Part shown: piece by piece, positions 36,196 to 50,442 of the stretch
Layout of the letters: every line of letters starts with the position of its first letter
Position numbering within the stretch: the first letter of the stretch is position 1
Assembly (NCBI GenBank): GCA_002633005.1
Contig: NMRA01000909.1
Coordinates: forward strand, 1 to 64,000
Origin: Phoronis australis
Taxonomy: Eukaryota > Animalia > Phoronida
Reading direction: 5' to 3'
Length of the DNA: 64,000 nucleotides
The notes under the pieces: generated by a model
Databases searched by the model: none
What the model saw: only the letters and a program-made list of their open reading frames with translations
What the model was told of the DNA's origin: nothing
Made by a program: the position numbers and the translations under genes

Positions 36196-37249
36196 GACTA
36201 GTGAACTGTGCAGCTTATTACGCGGCTCCGTGTGGTTTCTTGTACTCAGCGAAGCAAATGGACTCACTATGGCCGCACTGGCAAGTTCAGTAGCTGTCTC
36301 TTGACTGGACTAAAAATCTGGCAAAACACCACAATATCTCACATAATCTCACAAAATGTTGCTTTTAGCGAGGTCCTAGAGTTGAACTCCGAGTCCCACC
36401 CAGCCTAACCTGGCGGGTGGTAAGAGTGTTCAATTCACTTCACAAGTAGCGAGGTCACCCCACAATGATCACTGTGGTCAAATAAATGTCTTGACTCCTG
36501 TGGCGGGAGATTTGAAGTGACACATACAGTGCTACGATGCTACGAAAGATAACACAAAATACGTCACACGTCATACCTCGTCAGCTGGCAGGGCCATATA
36601 TAGGAAAGGGAGGGGTGGGGGGCACATTTCAGTCGTCGGTGTTAAATCGTGCCAACTGACATAGGTGTGGGGCCGGGGACAATCGAGAAAAGACAGACTG
36701 CGCAATACGGATGAGATAGAAAATTGATGAAAACATTTAACAAGTCTGTATCAGTGCACGGTGTACATTTTGAGGACCATGGCCAGCATATAGTCCGGTA
36801 AGGTCTCCGCTTTGGCATCACAGGTCGTCTAAATGCACTTGAAAACGAGCATGTAATCACTCATACAGGTACTTCGAAAAATCGAGAAAATTTGTAAAAC
36901 GAAGCTTTTGTGGAGCGTATTGATTTACTGGATTTTTAAACTCAATAAGACAATTTTGCAAATGCTAAACTAAGTTCTAACAGAGGCCCCTGTTTAGCAA
37001 GAGAAAACGCAGACAAGTGTCGCTTAATTTCTTTTTCTCGAAATTGTATATCATTTGAGAAAAAAATAATCACATGACAAACAACATCAATTGCTGCGCA
37101 TTTCCTGGTTTTTCAAAATATAGATATTTTCATATTTAGGGGCCCCGCCCTTGAAGGAGGCCATCGATGACATTCAAGTGGCCACCCTTACTGTGTTTTT
37201 ATTGACAAATTCTTAAGGGGCAGCTCACGGAGAGAGGGCCCAATGCTGG

Positions 37250-39790
37250 AATCGATAACCTCTATTTTCCTGTTTTGTGTGAAATCGTGCAACCGGCTTT
37301 CCTGTTGAAGAAGGTCACTTTCCTGCACCGTCGTTTGACCACACAACAGTGGAATAAACTGTCACTCTTTTCCAAGCTTAATAATGTTTAGCCTTTCATC
37401 TTAAAGTGTCCCATTTCAGACGGGATCCTCTCTCCGTGGAGCAGTTCGGGGGAAATATCCGTTCGTCCCTCTATACATGTAAATTCGACACTGCCAAGTA
37501 TTCACGAAGGAATTTGAGATTCGAAATTAATCCAAAAACACAAAACATTCGTGCACAGCTAAGCAGTATCAAGAAATTCGACCCAAACAACCAAAAAATG
37601 TAAAAAAATACATTAGGATTGACCCCCATCGAAAGGGTGGGATTTCGAAGAACGTGAAGACCAATCTATGTGAATTACACGAAGGGACTATTTACGATGG
37701 TTAGTTATAAACTAATGTTTCCTATAGCATCACAAGAGTAGTATCTCATTTGAAGGTGATTACTATGAGTCGTTTGTAAAGAATTCTCACGTGTGGAAAA
37801 CACTGCTGTCGAGGCTACTATTTGTGAAGGCCCTGTACATGTCAAACGGGGGTACTCAATGAACTCTCGTAATCATAAACAAAGATTTCAACGTTTTTGA
37901 CAGTGGAATTCAAGTTAACCGTTATAGGTAGTCTGAAATGAGCAAAAATACACCTTAATACGAATGCCCCATCTTGCATCTTCACCCGTTTACCAGTCAA
38001 AAATCTACAAGCATGCCTGCGGACATTGCTCATAACATTCTGTTTTGATAAACAAATTCCTTGGTTTCTGATTTACTCGTTTATATATCTACGATAGATT
38101 CATAGATGATTTTTGACAATTAGAAGCTAACCTTGTAAGAATTGATGATGTTTCAGTGAATTTAGTTGCAATATGATATTGGAAAGACTATAATCCGATC
38201 CTCAAATACTGTAGTAAAGTATAGCCAGGAACCACTACACTGAGACCAGTTTTACCAATCTAAAATAACTCTCAGACATTGATGAAATTCGGACAATTCC
38301 CAAAAATATATTAACAATTCAAATGGCAACAAATGCATTACTTTTCGACTTAGGTAAAAGATTTTTCGCTTAAAGTCACAAACAGGAGATCAGTAAGAAA
38401 TTGAGTCATTAAATCAAGGTAAACGCATTGCTCATAGAATCTATTGTTGATTTCTGATTTCCATGTTTATGTATCTACGAAAATCGAATGATTGTAGATG
38501 ATATTTGGACAATTAGAAGCGAATCTTTTAAGAGATGACGATGCTTCAGTGAGCGAACTTAGTTGCAGGCTGACATTGGGGAAATTGATCTATCATCAGA
38601 TCTCCAAATTAATAACAAAGTACACTAAACGATTTTTGTCTATCTGAAATAAGTCTCAAGGATATTGATGAATGTCGGTCGTGTTCCAACGAGGGATTTT
38701 GAAACAGTCCCAGAGGCACTATATCAGGGACCTCGGGATCTCACCTTTTCAAAAAACACCTTCAAAGAATGGCCATAATGAAATAAAGTTTTCCTGAAAC
38801 CGGATCACAATGAAACTAATCTTGACCATAGGGCCAGCGCACTGACGAATGTGCGCGAACTAAGTTGCCCGTATCATGTGTATCATAACTCAGCTGACCA
38901 ACAAATATTTTCACAGTGTTAGATCTCAGCTACAGTTACTTGAGGCAGCTCCTCGCTACCCGTCGATGCAATGGTCCTAGGCCCATNTTGGCGCGAAGTC
39001 GAAAATGTTTGTGCCACCCCCATCCAATAATTTTTGAATTCCTACGGACTTGGTGTCTCAAAAATGTACACACTTCCACTGACGCCGGGAGTTCAAATTC
39101 AGTTCATGTGAATCACTGAGATTCTGTCTGGACCTACTATATGGTTACAAGGGAATGGTGAACAAAGAATACTTATTACGGTTCAAGAGTTAAACTAGGA
39201 ACCCCCAAAAACACTAAAAATCTTTCTTGATGATTGCGAGTACTTTGAGAACCTCCCTTAGACATGCATGTACATGTTCATCAAAAGTTGTACCCGGCCC
39301 CGACAGCCTTTTCAACATGTGCGACTTTCTTACAATGAACTTCTAAATAGTAACAATCTTCAAAAGAAATACTTATCTTCTTATACTATGGGAAAAATAA
39401 ACATTACTTTATAAAACCATCGGAAATAGTCCTTTTGTGTAATACACAAAAAGTAGTCATCCTGTTCTTCAAATTTCCACCCTTTCGATGGCGATCAATC
39501 CTATTGGACCGAATGCTGATACTTTTGGCTGTGCACGAACGTTTTGTGTTTTTGATGAATTTGCGCATTGCCTCGTGAATACTTGGCAGTCAGTGGCAAA
39601 TTTACGTGTATAGAGGTACAAAGGAATCCAAATCACCCCAGAGAGAAAGGACCCTTTCTGAAAGGGAAACTCATACAGCATGGGAGAGAGTTACAGTTAA
39701 TTCCATCGTAACCCTGAAAGAAGTGACCTTCCTCAACATGGAAGGTTTTACGATTTCTAACACTGGGCTCTCTGACCGTGAACGACCTCT
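37250..39790. mobile_element. Long-inverted-repeat (foldback/MITE-like) element with an internal direct duplication
   Basis: AAAACATTCGTGCACAGCTAAGCAGTATCA (~37542) vs TGATACTTTTGGCTGTGCACGAACGTTTT (~39517); GAAGGTCACTT (~37310) vs AAGTGACCTTC (~39721); 38060-38310 is repeated at 38450-38680. Boundaries approximate. Confidence 0.6.
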
Positions 39791-40389
39791 ATTGATCGTT
39801 CTCTTGAATTTTCTCTCTTCTACTTGTTCCTATGTCTTTCTTTTCTCGACTGCCCCCTGCCTCACGCCTATGCCACGGTTTAACCCTGACGCCTGCAAAT
39901 TATTGGGGTGCACGTGTCCTTCCCCCGGTCTACCTGCTAATTCCTACAGCCCTGTAAACTGTTTCAATTTTATTCCGCTTTTTTAGAAGTGAATAACAGT
40001 TTCAGGTCTTTTTATTTTCCTTTTTATTCGGGAAGGGATATCCTTTTGGAGGGTATGGTGCGATTCATCCCCTTTTTCCCCTGCAAGTCTGGTATTGACC
40101 ACCCGAGACTACTGATATTATTATCTTAATCTTGTGCGTCAGCTATACTCTGTACCTTTGTCCTCCGTGAACAGTGACTGAGTTATATCAAACATCTATA
40201 ACGTTGGCTGCAAAAACAAGGAGTCTAAACACGGTACGTCGTAAATTACCCGGTTAGACACCTAAAATGCCGTGCTGTCAAAACGTTCTTATAGTGGACC
40301 GCCAAATCTAACCACAGGACAAGAAGTAAAATATCCTATACCAACCACACCGACTAAATCCAATATGTGTTTTTGTGTGTGTGTGTGTG

Positions 40390-42740
40390 TAGCTAAGAGG
40401 TGCGATTCTAGGGATTTATTTACCGGGAGTTTAAAGTATAGAGTTTAGGGGATGGCGGACAAAATGGCCGCCAGATTTGCATATGACCATTATGACTCGA
40501 GAGTGGAATGTGATAGAGTAAAAATTCAAAAAAGTTTACGTATCTTCTGTAAGTCAACAAATCCATTGAAAATAGTTTTGCGTGGCTGCGATGACACCAT
40601 CCGCCATTTTCCAAGATGGCCGCCAACACTACGTCGAGTCACACAACTTTGCACGAACAGATTAGTGTATCGTTTTGATTCAAACACTGCATCATATTTT
40701 CTGGTTGAATAATCCATTGAGACTCCTTGCGTTTGGCTCTAATGATTACTTCCACCATTTTCTAATATGGCCTCCAAATAGTTGCTTGGTGTAAGAACTT
40801 CAAATTTCAGAGACACGCCATCTTCACAGATTTCATATTCTGAGTTTCATAGATCAACATGTTCATTAATATCATTTTTGTCTGGCTCTGATTTATACGA
40901 CTACCATTTTATCACGATTGTTAAACAAATAATAACTTATTTAGGTGAAAAACGGGTTCGCCTGAACTGAAGGGGGATTCTCTGTAAAAAATGTGGTGTG
41001 TCAAAAATAACTCTCCACGATTAATTCAGTAATTTACTTTCCACACCTACATGTATTGACCATCTGTGTCGCCTCCACTTAGTTGTAAATGCTAATGAAC
41101 ACAGCAACAGTTGAGACCAGAGTAAGGTTTAGCAAGGTATGTTTGGCAAGTTAAACAGTTTATAAGCACTTGAACAGCTCCCACTAGGCTTCTCTTTAGT
41201 GATGTTACACGTGTGTCCAAAGCAGTAATTCTCAGTCTGTGATCAAAATGTATACACAATCAACAAGTATTTACACAACTAATCTCTTTTAGCTGAGAAT
41301 GAATTGCTGCAGCTTATAACACTGCATTCTCCACATGCAACCGAGCACGGCAATCCTAACTTCTTGTGAGTTCTCTTGGAACTGCAGTTGGTCTTGCACG
41401 AGCATCTTAATATCAACAGGTTCTCTGGTGCTGCTGGCTGGACTGTCGTCATGGGAATGAGTTTTCCACCTGCCACCATTCATCCTCAATCCAGCGGGTC
41501 TAGAAAACTGGACCGCTCTTGTTCTTGTCCTCGCAGCGTGGCCGAAGTTTACTTGCTGAAGCAGTTGGTAGTAATAACTGTATTTGGACTTGACCTACGC
41601 ATGATGACACCTTTTCCTCAAATCGCCTGCATTGCAAGTCATTTAAATTTCCAGAGCCATTCTGAAGAATCAGTCTCCATATATTCTGACGAGCCAACAT
41701 TTGTGTACAAGCATTGAATTGCTCCCTCTCTTGGCACGGAATCTGTGTGTTTTGTGTTAGTGACATTCGGGGCTCCTCTGGTATTTCTGAAGAACCGGAA
41801 CTTCTTTCTTGAAATCTTGGAGCCATTGGTTCTGGATTGGCATTACTTGATGTTGAACGCTCTGGCTGTGATGATAGCATTCAACACTGATTCTACCAAC
41901 ATATGCCCCCCTCACTGCTCCATCCACACCTTTTCAATTTAACATGTGGATCACACTGTTTGGTCCATACACTGTCTCAAGAACCTGAAGCCTGTTGCCT
42001 GCCAACAAATCAAAGAAAGCTCATCTCAGTATCACTGTCGTTTGGTTTGCTAGGACTAATTTTCTCTAAAATCAGTTACCTATGTTCATAAGAAGCATGC
42101 ATATTAAACCAATTGTGAGTAATTTATTTATTTTTCATCAAATTCAGGTGAAATCAGCTGCCAAATTCTCCACTCGTGTCAGTAGCAGACGAAATCTTTG
42201 CATGGGAACAATGGATAATATCTCCAATAGCAGAGAACAAAGCCACTTCCCAATGTGATTCAGGGTTTGTGTACTGAATAAGCCAATAATTCCACCCGAA
42301 TTACATATTCTTCTAACAAATATTATGTTTTAATGCCTCAAATGAATATGAAACTCTTTAATAAAGTTTAACTAATTTAAAGCCTTTACTGAAAAACACC
42401 AAATTTTATGTTAAGTAATCTAAAAAAAATCCACATTTAGTACCCAAATCTTAAAAACAAACTTGATAAAGAATCAACTCATTAAGCCTGATTGTAGATT
42501 GTAAAATGCTTTTGTGTAAATGCTTCTCAGGTTACAAACAAAGTTTGCAGAATGCACATGCGGTAAATTGGAGTTACATGTATTTGTGAGCTGGTGGCCA
42601 TTTTGTCAGTCATCTAGATTTTTTTTCTCCAATCAGTGACCAACTGTAAGGTTCAGATATTTTAGATTGTCTAACTTACAAATGCATAGAAACTTTTTCA
42701 GCGCAAAATATGAAAAGAAATTTTGCAACACGTACCGAAT
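40390..42740 (-). mobile_element. Academ-like DNA transposon remnant (degraded C-terminus with Cys-rich CXC-like finger)
   Basis: Minus-strand fragments RRFEEKVSSC..QVQIQLLLPTASASK, LDPLD*GW, KLIPMTTVQPAAPENLLILRCSCKTNCSSKR...LGLPCSVACGECSVISCSN (41279-41640), the pattern I associate with Academ XPG/Cys8 proteins. Boundaries are guessed. Confidence 0.5.
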
Positions 42741-43017
42741 AGCGAATGTGCCGCCGCAGTTGCATTATGGGAAATGAATGCCTCTATCGCTTGACAACCG
42801 ATTGCGTACTGTGTTGCCGGGTGTTGTTGTAACGAATGTTTAGCACAGAAGGGGTCAATAACGTTATTTTATTTGAATTCTTATCAAAAAATCAATATTA
42901 AACGAATAACTACTGCAGGAAGCATGCAACTGTATTTTATTATAGAAATGCTTTGGAAATGAATAAAGTCACCGTTGCCGCACATCACCTCCGTCGACCG
43001 TGACTGTGTTCAACCGG

Positions 43018-44767
43018 GGCCCGGTCTCAATGCAGTTTCCGTACTCAGACTCATAAACATACTCGAGATTTCATACTCAAAATCGTGCTCACTGGAGTCG
43101 TACTCGAAAAAGCGTAGTAGACTCCAAACGTACTCAAATCTGAGAATCGTGCTCGAGTTGCTATGGAACTGTTTATGATGTGAAATACAAAACCAGGCAA
43201 AGTCGCGGCGCTGATTCAGCGCTCCCTATATTCGCATCGACTACCCTAGCAACTATGTTATCGTCAGCTCTCGCTACAATTACAAGAGTATAACGTGGAA
43301 TACTGAGTGTTCTGTAACTTATTCATTTTTTTAAGTTTCAATACAATATTCTTCTACCATTTCTTGATACATTTGCCAACTATTAAGCTTTACTTTTTGA
43401 GTTTCTTATCTCCCGCCGGAAAATGTCACAAGAAATTTGAAACAGCTTATCAAAGAAAGTCAGTCGGAGCAGCCAAAATCTCAGTGTCTGATTTAGTCAG
43501 GGGGCATTCTCCCTTACACTTGACTCATTTACTCCTAAAATTGGCATGGTCACACCCGCCAACGATTGACGGCATATTGAAATTTTCTTTTTCATTAATG
43601 CAGTGGTAGGCTTACGTGGGCCGGTGACTCCGGCACTGGAGTCGGGTACCATGATATTAGAGGCCTGCAACCAACATTTTTAAGGGAGAGTTCGAATTGC
43701 ACATTTTCTTTGATGGGAGGTCGAATTTCAAAAGTTTGTACCTTAGTTGCCAGCAGTGGTGTTCTTTCCTAGTAAACCGGTTGTCCACGTTAGCCCGAAA
43801 TCCCAGGCGACATTTTTGGGCCGCAGTTGTTTGGTTACTGGTCAACCCCTTTTCTCTCTTGCGTAGAACCCATTGCCTTGTAGGCCTGCACTGATGTCAA
43901 AACTTTGATAGTGCATCTTTGCATTTTACCGGGATGTATCAAGTTAGCTGACATTTGGCAAATGAGTTAAAAACACTACATGTACAGGCAATCAGAGTTC
44001 ATCAGTGAACGGGACGAAACGTCTACTCATAAATCGGCAAACAAAATATTGACTATCATTCAGGTATTAAGGAATTATCGATGACTAATTTATGATGTGA
44101 AATCTGACAGGGAGGCAACTTTTTTAATTTTCCTCGTTAGTATTTAGGAAACCGTACAAACCGTTGCACACGCACTTGAATCACGGCAATCCCCACCCCA
44201 CAGCTGCTTTGGACCCTTGTAGTGACCCGTCGACATGGGCTTAGCATTCGCCAGTTGCCACCTGGGAATCGTAGTAAGAAGGACTTTAAAAATTGGCGGC
44301 AATGAAGTGCGGTGATACGGCGGTTTAAGATGAAGAAGATTTAAAATTATAACTATAAGCGCTGAAATATGGTATGAGGACTTAAATTTTCCAAAGATTT
44401 GCTGTTTCTCGCAGTGGTTTTTCGCTATTTTCTTCTTTCGCTCACGGAATAATTTGTCTGTGTCTCACATTCGCCGTATTATGCCTATAAGTTTTCGAAT
44501 ACTTCAAGCACACTGCCACACAGCCAAACTTGAAATTTGGAGCATATACTCGGAATTTTTACTCAAAATCGTACTCGAAATATAAATAATATATACTTCA
44601 GTTCGAGTATACTCGAAACTTGAGTACGTGCTCAAAATTTCGAGTACAGATTATTCGAGTATGACATTGAATACAGCAAAGCTGAGTCTCTACTCGAGTT
44701 GAGTATGAAGTTTGAGTTTGAGTTTGAGTATGATTCGAGTCTGAGTACGGAGATTGGAGACCGGGCC
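43018..44767. mobile_element. PIF/Harbinger-like non-autonomous element, 3-bp TSD CGG
   Basis: TIRs GGCCCGGTCTC / GAGACCGGGCC, CGG on both sides; subterminal ACTCGA repeats in mirror orientation. Confidence 0.75.
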
Positions 44768-46278
44768 CGGGTGACATTCTGCTAATAATCAGCTGCAATA
44801 ATCTCTAACTTCCGAATAGAAACTCTCACCAAGGAGTGTAGTAGTGTAGGAGAGTTCACTCCGCCATTTTGTCATTTGCCACAATGGTTAGGTGACACTG
44901 AACAAATAGACTGCGGCCGCGGCCAATTTGCACTGCCAAAATCTTAAAATCTAGGGGTATGCCAGGCTTGGGGGCATTTTTAGTTAGGTATTGTATGTAG
45001 GCTAAGTGAATGAGTTTTTTGTATTTGTGAATTGCTGCGTAGCAACTGAGAAATTGGCTGCGATTTCAGGTAGCCCTCAAACAAGCCAGATTTGTAAAAA
45101 ACTAGTTGGTTGACAGTACTTTTGTACCACATTTGTGGAATTGGTAGGAAATTTGCTTTAGTCGGGCATCGGCAGGGAAGTGGTAATTTTGGGATGAAAA
45201 GTCCCGATGTGGCAATTTTTGCCCTTATTTTTCTTAGTTCAGCTTGGTTTCCAGTGGGAGTGAAAGGGTCAAAATTACAAAAGAGAATAAAGTTTTGTGG
45301 CATAATGACACCATGACACAATTACGTCATGATAACTTTAATTAAATGTTTACAAATTAATACATTTGCTGGACCAGGCTCGACATCAGGGAGTGTTATC
45401 TCTTCGTCAAGTACAGTGCTCCAGCGGCCGAAATGCTTGCATCAGCACACTACATCTGTGTGGAATGCACAGGGGGTGCCAAGCCAGGGACTTTCCACAG
45501 ACACCATGAGAAAGTCGAGACTGGGCCAGCAAAAGTTATGCAAGTTCTATTTGTCATGACGTACATTTTATGTAAGTTTATCAATCTGAAATATTTCGAA
45601 TTCACTGTATCTGATAGAGTAGTGATAATTCTGAGACTAGAACAGATGGATCCGAATTCAGATGTATATTGAAACTCGGGCCTTGTCGACGAAGTCAGTT
45701 CACTACCAACTGCCGAACTCACTCGCTAGCCAAGCGTGTCAGGGTCGACTCGTCCACGAGGCCCACCGAGTGTGAGTGTGTGAATAAAGAAGTCAACACA
45801 ACGCTGCTCTTTACTCTCTACTACCACCGTCACGCCACAGTTTCTGTGCTCATCTGTAGGGCTTGTGATGTGAAATGACTCAAAACATTTCTTTATTTAC
45901 ATGCAGTTTTTGACAGAGTGAAGAAAGGGTGAAGAGTGAATTGACGTGTGTTCTGATAGGCAAACCCCTGTGAGAACTGTTTAGCGCCTCCTAAGCAAAG
46001 AGAAGTTGACAAAGCGTGAGCTAAAATGTCGATCTTTCGAGTCCAACCAGGATATTAAATGTTAAAAATATGTCGATAATTAACCACAGAGATGTAGAAA
46101 AATACATTAGAGAACAAATCAATGCACCAAAGTGTTGTCTGACTAGGTTCGAAAAATGAAAAGTAAATATGAGCAAACTGCGGCGATCGTATTGTTACGG
46201 ATTAGGTATAATTATGCTGAATGTAGGGATACGTTTTTTTTGTAAGTTGTTGATAAAATTGCTTTTTACACAAACCAG

Positions 46279-46679
46279 GGCCCGGTCTCTAATCTTTGTA
46301 CTCGAAACGAACTCGAAACTATTTTTGGCAATTTCTCTGCTCCTTTTGTGCGAACTTAAGATAATTGGTTATCAGACTGTGCTCGAATACATTATAGTTT
46401 ATGCATAGGAGTTTCTAGTTCAAGTTTGCCATTGAAGACCCTTATATTCGTGCTACAAACTCGAGTAAAAACTCGAAATTTCGAGTTCAAACTCGAACTT
46501 ATTGCTTTAATATTAGGTTTTACAAACTGTGAACTAAGGGCAATAAATTATCTACGTAAGTTATTGTGTACTCGAGCATAGAAGAATAGACACTTATCTT
46601 GAGTTCGCCAAAAGTAGAGTAGAAAATGCCAATCCTAATTTCGAGTTCCATTTCGAGTAAAAAGATTGGAGACCGGACC
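46279..46679. mobile_element. 401-bp MITE of the same TIR family, 3-bp TSD CAG
   Basis: CAG-GGCCCGGTCTCTAATCT ... AGATTGGAGACCGGACC-CAG. Confidence 0.8.
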
Positions 46680-47599
46680 CAGGTCATCTGCTTGTATTGT
46701 TGACGAGTTGAAAATATATTCGACAGTGGTGGCTCCGCATTTTGCTGTCATGTGCAATTAGTCACATCATATTCTGGTTTAATTTGTTGATCAAGAATAT
46801 TAACATAAAGCATAGCCTACAGTAGGTCCTGGTGCGGTGGGGACTACCGGGATTAACAGTTGATTTGTCATTGACCTGAAAGAATATTTGACGTTATTGA
46901 ATATATTTTTATTAAAATAATAAACCAGGCTCGTAATTGAAAATAAAAATTATTTGAGTACTTTTTAAATTAAAAAAAAAATAAAAACGAGCACAGCCCC
47001 AGAATTCGCTTTCACATTATATCCAGGTTCTCATTCACTCCTTTGCACACATTCACATGTAATTAGTTGGTTCACGAAAACAACAACGTTGGCCATCAAT
47101 TCTGCTTTCTTGGTTTTAATAATTCTTACGTCTATTCCATGTGTTCAAGTATCAACCTGGACCAAGTTGAATTTTAAAATTAAAACACCTAATTCGTTCG
47201 TCCAAATCATAACCTCGTTTTAGAGCTCAATTTTAGTTAACTGGACAGAGCAAGCATAGTTATGTTTCTTTAGGGGCCTCGTTCATCCGAGGGGAAGGTG
47301 TTTGTGTCTTCTAACTGAAAGGGGCATTTTCTTCGCCGAGTGAGGAGAAAAACCTACCTCCCGATCATCATCAATAGCACCCCCGCCCTGTTACAAGCTC
47401 TCATAGGTTCTGTCTCAAGTAGCATTTTGTGCTCTTTCAAATTGTCACCAGCTGTATGGTTACATGTGATTTGAACTCCGCGGGAGAGAACTTTTTAATC
47501 ACTAGGGGAATTTTTAGGGCCTCGTGGGGGAATTTCGGGGAAATTTTAATATTTTGAGAGGGGAATAGGGTCAATATTCGGCCCCAAAATCGAAGGATT

Positions 47600-47967
47600 G
47601 AGGGCTCTGATCTTTCTGAAAAGAAAAACGGGCATCATCTTTCAACCCGCAGTCATGAAAACACAGCCTGGCTGGCAGGAGATTCTCCGGTCGTTGCTAT
47701 GATGCTCGGCAACCGAGATGCGACAAAATATGACCTAACTTTTCGAAAGCATTTAAATTTTACATGAACAGATTTTCCTTCGTCGCGACGTATGACAACG
47801 ACCCAACGCTTCCGAATCTCAACGTCCCTCAGGGATTGTAAAACAGACAGTTGAATGTCCGCATTTTTACTAGCGGGATACAACCAGTATGCCGTTAAGT
47901 CAACAGAGCTATCGTAGCGAGCCTCTTTTTGGAACGCGCGTCCAGTCGGCGTGAATTAGGTCTATAG
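47600..47967 (-). mobile_element. THAP-domain remnant at the end of an ISL2EU/Harbinger-like element (same family as 13762-15270)
   Basis: DVEIRKRWVVVIRRDEGK...KVRSYF resembles THAP D..IRK.W...IRRD...VCS.HF; the terminus matches 13762-13822. Confidence 0.55.
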
Positions 47968-49191
47968 ATAGGGACTGCCAACTCCCGTTAGAGCGCGTTG
48001 AGTGTTGTACTTCACCTTGGAATCATGAGTGAACTTGGAATAAATTTCTATTCCAAGTTCATGCAAGTGATCTTGAGATTAAGCAAGCACTTGCAACATC
48101 AAGTGTGTAACTGTTAACTAAAATTTCGAATGGTGGACATGAATTCGTTTGTCGTGAGTTATTGTTTCTGTTTTAATTATTTTATTGCCCATTCTGTATG
48201 TTATTCTGGTCTTGGTAATTGTTTCCAAAGGTGGATTGACTGGGATGGTTGGGTTTTTGACTGAAGGGCTGAAGTGACTGGCAACCTGGGACCTTTGCAA
48301 TGAAAAGGATTAAGATCATTTAAGAGCTAGGATACAATGAATGTACCGAAGGCCTACCTAGAGGGGTTTTGCATTGAACAGTTTGTCATGCCCCGTTGTA
48401 CCTGCCACCTAATCCCCCGTGTATACGCCAGTGCTTGGAGCTCGCAATTTGCTCGTAATTGGTGGAAGTGTTTTCATTTATATCTCACTTATGACATCGC
48501 AGGGATATGTAATTCTTTTTTATCTGATTAAGGAAGAAGTTCAGATCAGATGACGCTTGTTGAGTAAAAGTGTATAACAGTTATTTTTGGCAAATAAAGT
48601 GGAAATACTTATTTCATTTTGAAACGTGCAATTTAATGATGTCATCATGTCTAATCAGACAAAAGTTACAGAACACAACTCTCTGAAGTTCTGTTGACAG
48701 GTTTTGAATGTTCTCATAGAGATGATTAGACTTTTATGGCCTACGATATTTTTGCCTTTCTCTGCTCAGTACAGATCCACATAACAATGCCAATGTATGT
48801 AAAGACAGACAAAAGTGGCCCAGTGAAACAATACTGTCCATACCATTTGCTTTGGCACAATAGCTTACAAAACACTGCCCAGCATTCGCTGTTTGAAATG
48901 CAACCATGTTAGACTGAGTGAGGTAACATATGCAAATGCATCTTTTGCAGGTTGTCGACATCTCTAAATACAGTTGATAACAATTAACAACTGGACTGAA
49001 ACATGGTGGCATACAGTAATGTTTGATACAAATGTTCCCATGTGAGTGAGGAGCATACAGAGGTAATGACATACATGTATCTAAGTTGTGTTAATATTGT
49101 TTTTTTGTTATGCAAGATAGGTGATTTTCAGCTTTTTATGCGGTTGAAGGTTGTCTTCTATCAGGAACGTGTTTGTTCCAACAACGCTTAA

Positions 49192-50442
49192 AGGAGAATG
49201 CCACCCGATTTAATTAATCTTTTTTGCCGTCTTAATCGGTCTATATCCACATCGCCTCGCATACGGTCGACCTTACCTTGCCAAGAGGTGTCGCGTTAAC
49301 CTATGAGGAAGGTGAGAAACGACGCTAGCGACGTCAGTGGTTCATATGCAGAGTGAATGCCGCTATGTTGCGGTGCATCGTTCCCGCTTGTCCGAACTAA
49401 GCAGCTGCGAGGAAAGCGGGTATATCGAGCGTTCTGTTTCAAAATGAATTGTTCTCACCCTAACCAATACTTATATAAAACTGAAACAAAGTCTGTCTCA
49501 TTAGATGCAATTTGTCATACCTTTGGAGTGTTCGTGAGTGAGTGCAAATGATTTGAGAAGCCAGCAATAAATAAATCACTGCGTTACCGGCTTTAGGTGC
49601 AATAAAACTAATTGACGGGACACCGAGGGCGTGTGAGCTCATGGTAATTTAGTGTTTGCTGGCAGAAACTGTTGTGAAACAGCTCGATTTCCATCCCACG
49701 GCCAGGTGTTAGGGGAATCTTTATTTCCTTTTGCATTACTCAAATAATGATTGTCTATGTACAACTTCTGCCCTGACGGTGCTGTGGCCAAAGCGGAACT
49801 GAATTCGCGGCCCTCGACGAGTAAGTAGATTTGCAGTTTCGTGGCTAATTCACCAACATAATCAGGTGCACATTACTTTGGCTCACCAGTATAGTATTTT
49901 CTTGACTGGAAGTTTAGTTTCCACTGAACTTTGGCTGGTTTGTGTTCGTGATGTCTGATCCGGCTCCGAGCCACTGGCCAGGGTAACAAGCGTTTTGTGT
50001 TTAGATATAAAAAATCACAAGTCTAAACAACCCAGATTTAGGTTCTCCTGTCTGTATCTCATGGAAAATACTTCTAAATTATCTCCGAACAGACCCCAAA
50101 CTCCTGGCTGCTACGGACCTTATTGGCCTGCCGAACTTTGTAGGCTACGGTGTGTCCAAATACCAATAAATCCGTAAGAGCGAAGTAAAACAACACGTTT
50201 TTATAAGAACTCGGTGTATTTTTAAGGGTTTTACATCGAAGTTTGATGATTTATTGGTGTTAAACGATCACTTCAAGCGATAAGCTGACACCAGTAACCC
50301 GTGTTGTGAACTGCTGAACAAACTGCGTGTGAAACCGTCTGCCGTCAGGTGTCAGGTAATGCAACCGTACGTGTCGTTATGGAGTAGAACTACTCGACCT
50401 AAATTGATACACATTAGGTTGTTTTTTGGGTAGCATGCTCCT
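49192..50442. mobile_element. Kolobok-like non-autonomous DNA transposon, TTAA TSD
   Basis: TTAA-AGGAGAATGCCACCC ... GGGTAGCATGCTCCT-TTAA. Confidence 0.8.

Noticed and set aside
36570-36605. TATATA plus GTATGA donor as the methyltransferase promoter and first exon
   Set aside because: The TATA-to-donor distance is too short to hold an exon; unsupported without transcript data.
48734-49072. Coding-looking stretch with a minus-strand acceptor near 48965
   Set aside because: No frame gave a recognisable protein or connected to other exons.
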